DNA of 64,000 nucleotides from an uncultured Bacillota bacterium (lineage in GTDB: Bacteria; Bacillota_I; Bacilli_A; RF39; UBA660), in contig CANSAJ010000002.1 of assembly GCA_947644695.1 (NCBI GenBank), forward strand, positions 3,219 to 67,218. Reading direction: 5' to 3'. Position numbers and translations under genes: made by a program. This document shows, one piece after another, positions 49,619 to 59,488 of this stretch. Position 1 is the first letter of the stretch. Each line of letters starts with the position of its first letter. The notes beneath the pieces are model-generated. The model had not been told where the DNA came from and did not search any database. It was given only the letters and a program-made list of their open reading frames with translations.

Positions 49619-50419
49619 ATGAAGAATATAATGATTTCTTTAAAAAGGTTCTTTGGAAATAAGAATACTATAACAATATTGTGTGTTTTGGCGGCAGTTT
49701 TGATATTATATTTTGCATATTCATATAGAATTAAGCAACAAACAAAGCCAGTTACAGTACCATATGCAAAGGTTGAGATTCAACCAAGAGAAAAGGTTAC
49801 TGAGGATAAAATTGGTTATGTAGAATATCCAAGTGTTATGCTTAAAACTAATGTTATTAGAAATGCAGCTGATGTTATTGATTATTATGCAAATTATAAT
49901 ACAGTAATTCCAGCAGGAAGTTTGTTTTATAAATCAACATTAGTTACATGGGCTCAGATGCCAGATTCAGCGTGGGCAGATATTCCAGATGGTTATACTG
50001 TTGTTAGTTTGAATGTTAATACTGAAACAACTTATGGTAATTCTATATTCCCAGGGAATTATATTGACTTATATTATGCAACATATGATGAGACTGGTAA
50101 ATTATTACTAGGTAAGTTAATTGAAAGTATTGAGGTTTTAGCTGTTAAAGATAGTTCTGGTAATCATGTGTTTGAAAATAGTTCAGAATTAAAAGCACCA
50201 TCATCACTTATATTTGCAGTTCCAGAAGATATGCATTTACTTCTTAGAAAAGCAGGATATTTAGATGGAGAACTTATACCAGTTCCAAGAAATGCAAGCT
50301 ATAGTCAAAATCCAAGTGCTACTATTGTAAGTAGTGAATATATTCAAGATTTCATTTTAAGTAAGACAGTTATATTGCCTGAACAAGGTCCATCTGGTGG
50401 AATTGGAACAATTGATTAG
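49619..50419 (+). CDS. CpaB/RcpC-like Flp-pilus assembly protein (N-terminal TM plus SAF-like domain)
   Basis: N-terminal TM ITILCVLAAVLILYFAY. Central VVSLNVNTETTYGNSIFPGNYIDLYY resembles the CpaB/SAF consensus. Location immediately upstream of tadA. Confidence 0.45.
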   Translation: MKNIMISLKRFFGNKNTITILCVLAAVLILYFAYSYRIKQQTKPVTVPYAKVEIQPREKVTEDKIGYVEYPSVMLKTNVIRNAADVIDYYANYNTVIPAGSLFYKSTLVTWAQMPDSAWADIPDGYTVVSLNVNTETTYGNSIFPGNYIDLYYATYDETGKLLLGKLIESIEVLAVKDSSGNHVFENSSELKAPSSLIFAVPEDMHLLLRKAGYLDGELIPVPRNASYSQNPSATIVSSEYIQDFILSKTVILPEQGPSGGIGTID

Positions 50420-50453
50420 AAAAAAGAAAGAATAATGAAGGAGTGGGTTTCCC

Positions 50454-51569
50454 TTGAATAATGCAATATTTGATCAAATTGATTTTGGTCCTTTAAAGAA
50501 ATATTTAGATAATGATGATATTACAGATATTTCTTATTCTAATGGGGGACAGATACATCTTAAGACGTTGAGTCAAGGTGTTGTTAAAGTTAATAATCCT
50601 GATATAAATAATTTACTTATGGAGAAAATAGCATTTCAGTGTTCTAATGTTATGGGTAAGACATTTAATATGGCTCATCCAATGTTAGACGCTGAAAGTG
50701 CTGAATTACGTCTTAACTTTGTACATGAAACTATTGCAACTAATGGCATTGCATGTGTTATTCGTAAAACTCCTGCTAAGATTAGACTTAATAAAGAAAA
50801 GTTAATTCAAGAAAATTATGTTTCTGTGCCTTTACATGATTTTTTGTTTAAATGTGTTGAAGGTCACTGTAATATAATTGTTAGTGGAGAAACTGGTAGT
50901 GGTAAAACAGAGTTAGTTAAATATTTAGCTAGTCATATAGCTGAGAATGAAAAAATAATAATGATAGAGGATACTTTAGAGTTACACTTAGATAGAATAT
51001 TTCCTCATAGAGATATAGTAGCTATGAAAACTAATAATATTGCAAGTTATAGTGATATACTTGTAGCTTGTATGAGACAGAATCCAAAATGGATATTGTT
51101 ATCAGAGGTTCGTAGTGCAGAAGCTGTTACGGCTGTTAGAAACTCTATAAGTAGTGGACATAATATTTTGTCAACTATACACTCTGATAAGGCTAGTGGT
51201 ATTCCTATGCGTCTTTATAGTTTGCTTGAAACTAATCTAGATGTTGAGCAGTTTTTGAAAACTATGCATAGATATATACATATAGGTGTACATGTAAAAG
51301 GTTACATGTCTAAACAGTATGGAAGATTTCAAAGAGAAATAGTGGAAGTGGCAGAGTTCTATGTGGATAAAAATAATGAAGCTAAGACTAATGTGCTTTA
51401 TTCTAAAGGTATGGATGGAGTAGAAGTTTATCACAATCCTTCTTCTAATTTATTAGATTATTTAGGTGCTCAAGGTATATATTTACCTACTGAGACGTTT
51501 GTAAAAGAAGGTACAACATTAAAGGAGACTATAAAAGAATCTGTTGTTCCTGATATAGAGATTTTTTAA
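50454..51569 (+). CDS. TadA/CpaF-family (VirB11/GspE-like) secretion ATPase
   Basis: Walker A IIVSGETGSGKTELV. Asp box/Walker B IIMIEDTLEL. His box context ...ILLSEVRSAEAVTAVRNSISSGHNILSTIHSD matches the CpaF consensus (RIIVGEVRG.EA...LQAMNTGH.GS.TTIHAN). Confidence 0.8.
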   Translation: MNNAIFDQIDFGPLKKYLDNDDITDISYSNGGQIHLKTLSQGVVKVNNPDINNLLMEKIAFQCSNVMGKTFNMAHPMLDAESAELRLNFVHETIATNGIACVIRKTPAKIRLNKEKLIQENYVSVPLHDFLFKCVEGHCNIIVSGETGSGKTELVKYLASHIAENEKIIMIEDTLELHLDRIFPHRDIVAMKTNNIASYSDILVACMRQNPKWILLSEVRSAEAVTAVRNSISSGHNILSTIHSDKASGIPMRLYSLLETNLDVEQFLKTMHRYIHIGVHVKGYMSKQYGRFQREIVEVAEFYVDKNNEAKTNVLYSKGMDGVEVYHNPSSNLLDYLGAQGIYLPTETFVKEGTTLKETIKESVVPDIEIF

Positions 51570-51587
51570 AAAAAGTGAGGTGAACTT

Positions 51588-52487
51588 ATGTATGTAGAAA
51601 TTTTTGTCATTTTGGCATTATTAATATTTGTAGTACTTTACAGAAAGAATACTGGTGATAAGTTTTATAAATATATTTCTGATGGCGTAAGTGAGATCTA
51701 TAATAAATATGCTCCTTATTCATTTAAAATGGTAAGAGAGAAGACTAAAGAATTAGGGCAAGAATATACTCCTAGACAGTACATTATACAAGTAGTTATA
51801 TTTGCAGGTGGAGCTGGAATAATATCATATTTATATTTTTATAGTATTATTGTTTCTATCATATATGCATTTTTAGCTGTTATGTTTATTCCATATCTTG
51901 CATATTTAAGATGTAATAAAGTGTATAGTGAGTTTATATTTGAACAAATACAAGTGTATTCTACTAACGTAATTATGGAGTTTAATACTACTCAGTCTTT
52001 TGTTAAATCACTTGAAGGTGTTAGAGATAGTGGTGTTTTAGAAGAACCATTGCTTGGAGATATTAATGAAATGATTTCAATAGCGTATAGTAGTTCTACT
52101 ATAGATGAAGCTATTGATTATATGAATAGTAAGTATGATTTTTATGTAATAAGAAATATGCATCAATTGTTTTTACAGATAACTAAAGAAGGTTCTAAGG
52201 ATTCTGGAGAAGCACTTGAAGGAATGCTTATGGATATAGATGCTTTAGTTGAAAGTGTATATAGAGATAGAATAGATAGACAGACATTCCATAAACAGTT
52301 TATAACATTTGGTGTAGCTTTATATTTTTTAGTGGCATTGATACAATATTTACTAGGTAATGAGAGTTATTTAGCACTTATAGAATTATGGTATGTACAG
52401 ATAATGTTACATGGTGTAATTATTATAAATACTTATTTCTTAGTTAATGGAGAAAAATATTATAATGAGGATGTGGGTGCCGAATGA
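51588..52487 (+). CDS. TadB-like inner-membrane platform protein
   Basis: About 300 aa with a N-terminal TM, a cytoplasmic region, then a cluster of 2-3 TM helices. ATGA-type coupling to tadA and to the next ORF. Confidence 0.45.
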   Translation: MYVEIFVILALLIFVVLYRKNTGDKFYKYISDGVSEIYNKYAPYSFKMVREKTKELGQEYTPRQYIIQVVIFAGGAGIISYLYFYSIIVSIIYAFLAVMFIPYLAYLRCNKVYSEFIFEQIQVYSTNVIMEFNTTQSFVKSLEGVRDSGVLEEPLLGDINEMISIAYSSSTIDEAIDYMNSKYDFYVIRNMHQLFLQITKEGSKDSGEALEGMLMDIDALVESVYRDRIDRQTFHKQFITFGVALYFLVALIQYLLGNESYLALIELWYVQIMLHGVIIINTYFLVNGEKYYNEDVGAE

Positions 52488-53275
52488 TGATTGAGATTGG
52501 AGTAGTTGGTGTTTTATTTGTTATTGTATTACTAGCTCAAGGGAAAATTGATGGTAATAAATTTATAAAAGATAATGAAAGAGCATTTAAACTATTAAAA
52601 GAAGATGATTATGATTTTTTAGTATCTGCTAGATATGGGGAAGGTGTGGATCCTAATTTACTTTTTGAGAAAAGAGTTAAGAATGGATTAATAACACTTG
52701 TACTTTTAGTAGTAATATTTATTTCGAATTTGAATTTTGTTAATTTGATAGTGTGTTTTATAGTTTCTTATTTAATTTTTAAGTCTGGTTATAGTAATTT
52801 AAAGACTTATTATAAAAAACATTTACATGAAATAGATTTATTACTTCCATATTATTTAAAAAGTTTAGAGATATTAATTCAACATTATACTGTGCCAGTA
52901 GCGCTTAGTAAAAGTATAGATCAAGCACCTAGTATATTTAAAGATGGTTTAAAGGAGTTAATAGGTAGTATTAATGCTGGTGATTCAACTATAGATCCTT
53001 ATATGGCATTTGCTATTAAATATCCTGTTAGAGATTCTATGAGGATGATGAGGCTTTTATATAGATTAGGTTTAGGTAATCAGGAAAGAAAGCAAGATCA
53101 GTTGATAGTATTTTCTAGAACTATTTCTAATTTACAGGCTAAAAGTCGTGATACTAAATATAAAGAGCGTTTGGAAAAGATGGAAAAGAAGACAATGGTT
53201 ATGTTATCGACAACTGGTGTTGGTGTTATGATTATTTTATTACTTGCTATTTTACAGATGTTCACTTCAATATAG
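52484..53275 (+). CDS. TadC-like inner-membrane platform protein
   Basis: Same topology class as the preceding ORF. Overlapping start. Confidence 0.45.
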   Translation: MMIEIGVVGVLFVIVLLAQGKIDGNKFIKDNERAFKLLKEDDYDFLVSARYGEGVDPNLLFEKRVKNGLITLVLLVVIFISNLNFVNLIVCFIVSYLIFKSGYSNLKTYYKKHLHEIDLLLPYYLKSLEILIQHYTVPVALSKSIDQAPSIFKDGLKELIGSINAGDSTIDPYMAFAIKYPVRDSMRMMRLLYRLGLGNQERKQDQLIVFSRTISNLQAKSRDTKYKERLEKMEKKTMVMLSTTGVGVMIILLLAILQMFTSI

Positions 53276-53350
53276 ACATATAAGAAATTATATGTTTTTT
53301 TGTGTTTTGTATTTAGAATTGTTAAAAAGTGTTAAATATTTTATCTTTGC

Positions 53351-53379
53351 TTGATTAATAAATATGTTTAAAGTATAAT
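53351..53379 (+). promoter_or_regulatory. Consensus-like sigma-A promoter (TTGATT-17 nt-TATAAT) in front of the prepilin gene
   Basis: ttgatt aataaatatgtttaaag tataat, followed 25 nt later by an aagggagg RBS and the GTG start. Confidence 0.6.
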
Positions 53380-53415
53380 AATAATTGTAATAATAATAAG
53401 GGAGGTAGATTTCAA

Positions 53416-53700
53416 GTGAAAGAAGCTACAGGTGAATTAAATATGACTGTTATTACAGTTATTGCAATAGCAGCGGTTGCAGCATTATTCTATGCCTTTG
53501 TTTGGCCTATGATTCAAAGAACAATAGTTCAACAAACATGTAATGCGTATGGACCAGGATATACGGCAGAAAAATCAACTGATCAGAATACTTGTCAGTC
53601 AGCAAGTGATAAAACTAGTTGTTGGGTTTGTAAATGTGATAAAGCTAAAGGATGTACTGGTAAAGATTTAGTGATTGATGGGCCTGGAACAGGTAATTAA
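53416..53700 (+). CDS. Candidate major prepilin (Flp/Tad-class short leader ending in Gly, hydrophobic N-terminal helix, Cys-rich C-terminal knob)
   Basis: GTG start 10 nt after GGAGG. Leader VKEATG followed by ELNMTVITVIAIAAVAALFYAFVWPMI. Six Cys in the C-terminal 45 aa (CNAYGPGY...CWVCKCDKAKGC). Confidence 0.5.
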   Translation: MKEATGELNMTVITVIAIAAVAALFYAFVWPMIQRTIVQQTCNAYGPGYTAEKSTDQNTCQSASDKTSCWVCKCDKAKGCTGKDLVIDGPGTGN

Positions 53701-53716
53701 TAAGGAGTAATTTGAT

Positions 53717-54187
53717 ATGAGAGAAGCGATTGGTGGAACGTGGTTATTAGGATTTGTCGTATTGTTTATAGTACTCTTTTCAGCTTATTTAGCCGTTTCA
53801 ATCAATTATACTAAAGCTTTTAGAGTTAAGAATCAAATTATTAATATTATTGAGGAGAACGAAGGGTTTACAAAAAGCAGAGGAGATGTTGCTGGTAAAC
53901 CTCTTGATCAGCTCCAAAATAGTAATAAGACAGAAGATAAAATTTATCATTATCTTAAACAAATAGGTTATGCTACAACAAATATTGAAGATGATAGGTG
54001 TGAGAATGGTTCAATGCAAACTGGAGGTTATTGTGTTGAACGTGTCTGTACTAGACAAGGATCGTATTATAAAGTCACTTCATTTATTAAGATTGAATTA
54101 CCACTTATATGGCAATCATTTGTGATTCCTGTTAAGGGAGAGACTAAGGTTTTATATTGGACAGTTGATGATATAACTTGTTCATAA
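53717..54187 (+). CDS. TadE-like minor (pseudo)pilin
   Basis: MREAIGG plus TWLLGFVVLFIVLFSAYLAVS hydrophobic segment. About 150 aa. Position after flp. Confidence 0.4.
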   Translation: MREAIGGTWLLGFVVLFIVLFSAYLAVSINYTKAFRVKNQIINIIEENEGFTKSRGDVAGKPLDQLQNSNKTEDKIYHYLKQIGYATTNIEDDRCENGSMQTGGYCVERVCTRQGSYYKVTSFIKIELPLIWQSFVIPVKGETKVLYWTVDDITCS

Positions 54188-54209
54188 TTTTGAAAGAGAG
54201 AGGAATAGA

Positions 54210-55199
54210 ATGAATGTAATAATTGCTAATAAATATAAGGATATGTTAAATAGCTTAGATATAGAGGTTATAAAGTCCTTAGAGGGTGTTTATGATGTAT
54301 CTGAGATAATAGATAATTTTTCTAATTTCTATTTTGATAGAATGATACTTGATATAACAGCTTTAGATAATTATGAGAATTTAGATACTTTACAGAAGTT
54401 AAGTATTAATTTAGATATGGCTAAGGTAATTCTACTTTTAGATGATAATGATGAGAGTTCGAGTAGTCAATATTTATCAAAACTTATTTCTATGGGGATT
54501 TATAATTTTACAAGAAATTTAGAAGGGGTAAGATATTTACTTCAAAATCCTAATAGTTATAGAGATGTTGCGCATATACATAATGTAAATGCGGGAGAAA
54601 GTTATTATGATGATAGCTTATCATCTACAACTAGAGTTATAGGTGTTAAGAATTTATCAGAGGGAGCAGGCGCTACTACACTTGTTTATATGATGCTTAA
54701 GCATTTAGAGAGTAATTATAGTGTTTGTGCTTTAGAAGTTGATAAAAGAGATTTCATTTATTTTGACGATAAAGAAATGATGTCTACAACTTCTGCAGAT
54801 TTACCTAAAGAATTAATGAAAAGAAGATCATATAATGTAGTTTTAATTGATTTAAATACTTATAGTGATCCTGATATATGTAATGATGTAATTTATTTAG
54901 TTGAGCCATCAATATTAAAACTAAATAAATTAATGAAGAGAGATAGAAGAGTATTTGAAAAATACAATCATAAGAAGATAGTATTAAATAAAAGTAATGT
55001 TTCTAATAGTGAGTTAAATGTTTTTGAATATGAAGCTAAAACTAAGATATTCTATAATTTGCCTCCTTTAGATGAAAGAAGAGAAAGTAATAGAGAAATT
55101 AATGGATTATTATCTAAATTAGGTTTTGCTAAACAAAGTAGTGGAGTAGAAGATGATAGTGATTCAAAAAATAAGTTATTAGGTATGTTTAAATTTTAG
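54210..55199 (+). CDS. TadZ/CpaE-like protein (receiver-like N-domain plus degenerate ParA/MinD-type ATPase domain)
   Basis: Central RVIGVKNLSEGAGATTLVYMM occupies the position of the deviant Walker A of MinD/ParA but is degenerate. Size and position in a tad cluster. Confidence 0.4.
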   Translation: MNVIIANKYKDMLNSLDIEVIKSLEGVYDVSEIIDNFSNFYFDRMILDITALDNYENLDTLQKLSINLDMAKVILLLDDNDESSSSQYLSKLISMGIYNFTRNLEGVRYLLQNPNSYRDVAHIHNVNAGESYYDDSLSSTTRVIGVKNLSEGAGATTLVYMMLKHLESNYSVCALEVDKRDFIYFDDKEMMSTTSADLPKELMKRRSYNVVLIDLNTYSDPDICNDVIYLVEPSILKLNKLMKRDRRVFEKYNHKKIVLNKSNVSNSELNVFEYEAKTKIFYNLPPLDERRESNREINGLLSKLGFAKQSSGVEDDSDSKNKLLGMFKF

Positions 55200-55275
55200 T
55201 GTAAAGTTGGCATATTTATTTGACATTAAATTTTATTTATATTAAAATTGTTATAGTGAAGAAGGAGAAGAGATT

Positions 55276-55659
55276 ATGAATATGAATATGTTTTATTTAT
55301 TAGCAGAAGAATCAAAAAATACAATTAGTGTGTGTAATGATTTAGCACCTGTTTGGACTATTTTAGGTTATATAATATTAGCAATACAAGTTATTGTGCC
55401 AATTTTATTAATTATTTCAGGAATGATAACAATGGCTCAGGCTGTTATGGAGAAAAAAGAAGATAAGATTAAAGAAGCGCAGAATTTATTAATTAAGAAG
55501 ATAATAGCGGCAGTTTTATGTTTCTTAGTTATAGCAATTACTAAGATGGTTGTTAATTTGGTAGTTACTGGTGATTGGGAAACTTGTGTAAAGTGTGCGT
55601 TACATCCTACAACAGCAGAAGGTTGCGGATTTGATAAAGCTGAGGTAAATCCTAAATAA
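55276..55659 (+). CDS. Small two-TM membrane protein
   Basis: TM1 VWTILGYIILAIQVIVPILLIISGMI, TM2 IIAAVLCFLVIAITKMVVNLVV. C-terminal Cys pair. Confidence 0.3.
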   Translation: MNMNMFYLLAEESKNTISVCNDLAPVWTILGYIILAIQVIVPILLIISGMITMAQAVMEKKEDKIKEAQNLLIKKIIAAVLCFLVIAITKMVVNLVVTGDWETCVKCALHPTTAEGCGFDKAEVNPK

Positions 55660-55827
55660 TAATATAATTTAAGTAAAGAAAATTAGTACTATTTATTTAG
55701 TACTTTTTATTTGGGTGAAATTAGTTGACATAGGTTGATAAAAATATTAAAATTATGTTATGTATATGCGAGTATGTATAATGATGAAATGCACTTTTTA
55801 TGTACTTAGAATATTGAGAGGTTAAAT

Positions 55828-56634
55828 ATGAAAAAGATTTTTATATATAGTTTAACATTTATTTTATTGACTTTTAGTTTTGTTGGTAATTTGAAAGCAT
55901 ATCTGAGAGTAACTAAGGAGTGTCCTGTTAATGCTACTTTTGAAAACCCAAAAACTGGTACAATTGAGAGTTTAGAAATCGTTTATTTTATGAATTCACG
56001 TGGTGAGAAGAGAATTAAGATTAATTATAATGGTGGTAATGCAGAAAGTCTTTATTCTACTAAATCTACTACTGAAGTTAATGTTGGTGGTACAATTTTC
56101 TACTTTTATCCAGATGATGCTGATAATATTTTTAAGCAAACTAAAAGACAAAAAGATTTAAATACTTTTACGTGTCCTTCTAAGACTTTGCATATAAGAC
56201 CTAGTAAGGGAAGTTCAAGTGAAGGTAATAAATATGTTTCTTCATATAGTTCTAAAGTTTTAAATGAATATGCAGAAGAGGACACTAGTTCTGAAGAAGA
56301 GCCAGATGGATCTAATTCATCAGTTCTTCCTCCTAGAGAAAATGAATCTTGCGTGGATTATTTAGGACATGCAAAAGATGATCCAGGAAGTGTAGCTGCT
56401 ATTTTGGATGATGTTTATACTGTAATTAAAATAGGTTCTATTATAGTACTTATAGTTTTGAGTTTGTTAGATTTTGCAGGTGCGATTACTAAAAATAAAG
56501 ATGAATTAATGCCTACTGTTAAAAAGTTTGGTACAAGATTGATTATTTTAGTATTAATTTTATTAATACCAAGTTTTATAGATTTATTAGGTAGAATGTT
56601 TGGAATTCCTGATATTTTATGTGGTATTAAGTAG
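55828..56634 (+). CDS. Secreted/bitopic protein with C-terminal double TM
   Basis: Signal IFIYSLTFILLTFSFVGNLKA. Acidic low-complexity region. C-terminal IGSIIVLIVLSLL...LIILVLILLIPSFI. Confidence 0.3.
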   Translation: MKKIFIYSLTFILLTFSFVGNLKAYLRVTKECPVNATFENPKTGTIESLEIVYFMNSRGEKRIKINYNGGNAESLYSTKSTTEVNVGGTIFYFYPDDADNIFKQTKRQKDLNTFTCPSKTLHIRPSKGSSSEGNKYVSSYSSKVLNEYAEEDTSSEEEPDGSNSSVLPPRENESCVDYLGHAKDDPGSVAAILDDVYTVIKIGSIIVLIVLSLLDFAGAITKNKDELMPTVKKFGTRLIILVLILLIPSFIDLLGRMFGIPDILCGIK

Positions 56635-56658
56635 TTTTTTATAGAAAGGAGTAAAAGT

Positions 56659-58602
56659 ATGGGTATTTTTAAGTTAGGATTTAGTTTTTCTGGTTTTTCT
56701 GTTCCTATTGTATGGCAGATATGTTTAGCTATAGATGCCATTATTTATGAGGTTGCAGATCAAGCACTTAGAACTTTTTTTAGATTAGCAGCTTTATCTG
56801 CTGATGTTCAAGCTTATAGTAATGAAATAGGTTATATTTTAAGTCGTGTGATGGTTTTAGCTGGAATTTATGCACTTTTTAGAATAGCTATTATGCTTAT
56901 TAATTATTTAATAGATCCTGGTAAGATAGAAGAAGCAACAAAAACTGGTACTCAAATTGTAAAGAATGTTGTTATATCTGTGGTGTTACTTGTAAGTTTA
57001 CCTCTTATTTTTAAAGTATTAGGTAGAATTCAGCAACAGATAATAAGTCAAGATGTAATACCTAAACTTGTATATGGTTTAGATGCTTTTGATGATGAGA
57101 AAAATGGAATTGAACAAAGGTCAACTAAATTTGTAAATGATGTTTTCTTAATATTTTTTACACCTGATAAAGCTAATTGTAGTGGATCAAGTGGGCCATC
57201 ATATTGTAAGGATTATAATGCTGTTAAAAATGCTGAAAATGGTACTGGTATTACTGGGTTAATGCCTTATGTTTATTCACCTTATTTTACATATACTCCT
57301 TTTATTTCTGGTTTAATGGGGATGGTCTTAATTTATTATTTTGTAATATTTTCGATTGATTTAGGTGCTAGAATAATTAAGTTAATGGTTTTGCAAGTTA
57401 TTTCACCAATACCTGTCATTATGTATATAGATCCTTCTCAAAAGAATAAACTTACTAATTTCTTTAAAGCTTATTCTGTATTATATTTACAGGTATTTCT
57501 TAGGATAATAACTTTATATATGGCTTTTGTGGTTTTGGATTTAGTTGTTAACTCAGATGCTTTTAATACCGCGATTAATGGTGGTATGTTACTTGCTGGT
57601 AATTTCTTTGTTAAAATAATTCTTTATATAGGTGTATTTCAAGCTACTAAAGAACTTCCTAAATTAATAGAAGATGCATTAGGTGTTAAAATGGGAAGTG
57701 CTCCAGGTGGAAACTCATTTGGAAAAGTATTAGCGGGAGTAGCTGGAGGAGCATTTGGATTTACGGCTGGCGCTATTGCTGGAGGTGTTGCTGGTAAATC
57801 TTCTGGCGTTGCAGGAGTTACTGGAGGAGCGCTTATGGGTGCTGCTACTGGTATGTTATCTGGTGGTGCAGGTTTCATAGGTTCTAAAAATGTTGCTGAA
57901 GGTGTTAAATCAGCTGTTAAAAGTGTAAAAGATGCTTCAAGCACAGGTAAACGTGTTGCTGCTACAGGGAATTTGTTTAATTATGCTCGTGGAAATTTTG
58001 ATAATTTAATCGGATATCCTGGAAGAGTCGATACTAAAGTAAAGAATACTAAAGATAAGTTGGAGAAAATGGATGCATTTGAAAAGGCAGTATTTGATGA
58101 TTATTCAAAGACGGTAGATCCTACTACAGGATTTAAATACGGTACTTTGGACGAAGACTTTGGTGTTATAGCTGCAAGAGGTGCTCGTGATCAATTCATT
58201 TCAGATTATAATGAGGGTAAAGCTATAGATCCTACTACAGGTGCCGTTTATACTCCTGCAGCTGCAGCAGCTCGTTTAAATACTTTAAGAGCTTCAGTTA
58301 AAACTCAAGAAGATGCTTACAAGCAAAAAGCCTTTGATTGGTTTCAAGCTAAATCATTGGATCCTACTACTGGTAAAGTTAAGTATGATCCTAAAAAGTA
58401 TGCCACTTTATCTGAAAGTGAAAAAGCTCATCATGAATTGACAAGAACAACGAAGAAAACATTAATTCCTTCTTCTAGAAGTGATTTAAGAACTGATTTT
58501 TCTGCTATGCGTAAAACTATTAAAGCTGATAGCAAGAAATATCAAGCACAATCTCAAACAGATAGAGCTAGAAATGCAAGAGCAGTTAGTGATAAAAAAT
58601 AG
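56659..58602 (+). CDS. VirB6-like polytopic channel protein (TcpH/ConG/Tn916-Orf15 analogue) with Gly-rich segment and hydrophilic C-terminal domain
   Basis: At least 6 predicted TM helices in the first 330 aa. Gly/Ala-rich amphipathic segment GGAFGFTAGAIAGGVAGKSSGVAGVTGGALMGAATG. A 250-aa soluble tail. Position directly upstream of the VirB3/VirB4 genes. Confidence 0.5.
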   Translation: MGIFKLGFSFSGFSVPIVWQICLAIDAIIYEVADQALRTFFRLAALSADVQAYSNEIGYILSRVMVLAGIYALFRIAIMLINYLIDPGKIEEATKTGTQIVKNVVISVVLLVSLPLIFKVLGRIQQQIISQDVIPKLVYGLDAFDDEKNGIEQRSTKFVNDVFLIFFTPDKANCSGSSGPSYCKDYNAVKNAENGTGITGLMPYVYSPYFTYTPFISGLMGMVLIYYFVIFSIDLGARIIKLMVLQVISPIPVIMYIDPSQKNKLTNFFKAYSVLYLQVFLRIITLYMAFVVLDLVVNSDAFNTAINGGMLLAGNFFVKIILYIGVFQATKELPKLIEDALGVKMGSAPGGNSFGKVLAGVAGGAFGFTAGAIAGGVAGKSSGVAGVTGGALMGAATGMLSGGAGFIGSKNVAEGVKSAVKSVKDASSTGKRVAATGNLFNYARGNFDNLIGYPGRVDTKVKNTKDKLEKMDAFEKAVFDDYSKTVDPTTGFKYGTLDEDFGVIAARGARDQFISDYNEGKAIDPTTGAVYTPAAAAARLNTLRASVKTQEDAYKQKAFDWFQAKSLDPTTGKVKYDPKKYATLSESEKAHHELTRTTKKTLIPSSRSDLRTDFSAMRKTIKADSKKYQAQSQTDRARNARAVSDKK

Positions 58603-58617
58603 AAGGGAAAAGAGAAT

Positions 58618-58935
58618 ATGAATGATATGTATTTGATACCTGCAAATAGTAAGAATGGTAAATTGATATTTAATATGTTTAGACCTGTTGATTTAGTTGT
58701 GTTTTTAACTGGTCTTGCTATTACAATTATTTTCTTTCTTGCTATTGGTAGCAGTTCTTTATGGGCTACAATAATTAAATTAACGCCAATAAGTGTAGGA
58801 GCTCTTCTAGTTGTTCCTGTACCTTATTATCATAATGTTATGGAGTTTATTAAAGATGTGTATTTGTTTTTGATAGGTAGGCGTGTGTATTTATGGAAAG
58901 GTTGGTGTGTTAGAAGTGAGTACGAAGAAAAGTAA
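58618..58935 (+). CDS. VirB3-like small membrane protein (TcpE/ConD analogue)
   Basis: 105 aa. Two TM helices (VVFLTGLAITIIFFLAIG, ISVGALLVVPVPYY). Immediately precedes VirB4. Confidence 0.4.
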   Translation: MNDMYLIPANSKNGKLIFNMFRPVDLVVFLTGLAITIIFFLAIGSSSLWATIIKLTPISVGALLVVPVPYYHNVMEFIKDVYLFLIGRRVYLWKGWCVRSEYEEK

Positions 58936-59488
58936 GGTAAATGTTAAGAGTCAAAAATATGCAGAGAATTGGTTACCAATTAAATCTATTTTGAATGGAG
59001 CTATTCAATTAGAGGATGGTATGCAAGTTTCTGGTGTTAAGATTCAACCAAAGAATATATTTATTATGGATTTTGATAGTCAAAAGAATGTAATATATAA
59101 TTTAAGAAATTTCTATAATACACTTGATTATGAGTTTTGGGTGATATGTGCTGATAGACCTGTTGATATTAATGTATATTTAAGTCAATTACAGCTTTTA
59201 TATAATAATGTTCAGACTCCAGTTATGAAGAAATTAGTTATGCAAGATATTAATAAAGCTAATTTGTTTATGAGTAAAGAGATAGGTGTAGCTGATACAG
59301 AGTATTTTATATTATTTAGAGAGAAAAGACCTGAAATTATACAGAAGAGAATTCAAAATCTTGTTAGTGGTTTGGCTTCTTGTGGTCTTCAAGCATCTCA
59401 GACAAGTAATGATGATTTAAGAGTTTTACTTGATGGTTTCTTTAATGATGGAAGTAGAACTGAGTTTGGGACGGTGATTAGTGCATGA
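58883..59488 (+). CDS. VirB4-family conjugative ATPase, N-terminal segment (about 190-200 aa). Start codon uncertain (GTG 58883/58907/58916).
   Basis: ...ENWLPIKSILNGAIQLEDGMQVSGVKIQPKNIFIMD... resembles the conserved N-terminus of Gram-positive VirB4 proteins (TcpF/ConE/Tn916 Orf16/PrgJ). Ends in a TGA that overlaps the ATG of the next ORF (GCATGA). Confidence 0.5.
   Translation: MCIYGKVGVLEVSTKKSKVNVKSQKYAENWLPIKSILNGAIQLEDGMQVSGVKIQPKNIFIMDFDSQKNVIYNLRNFYNTLDYEFWVICADRPVDINVYLSQLQLLYNNVQTPVMKKLVMQDINKANLFMSKEIGVADTEYFILFREKRPEIIQKRIQNLVSGLASCGLQASQTSNDDLRVLLDGFFNDGSRTEFGTVISA

Noticed and set aside
57639-57944. 101-aa minus-strand Pro/Ala-rich ORF
   Set aside because: Antisense artefact of the Gly/Ala-rich segment of the VirB6-like gene.
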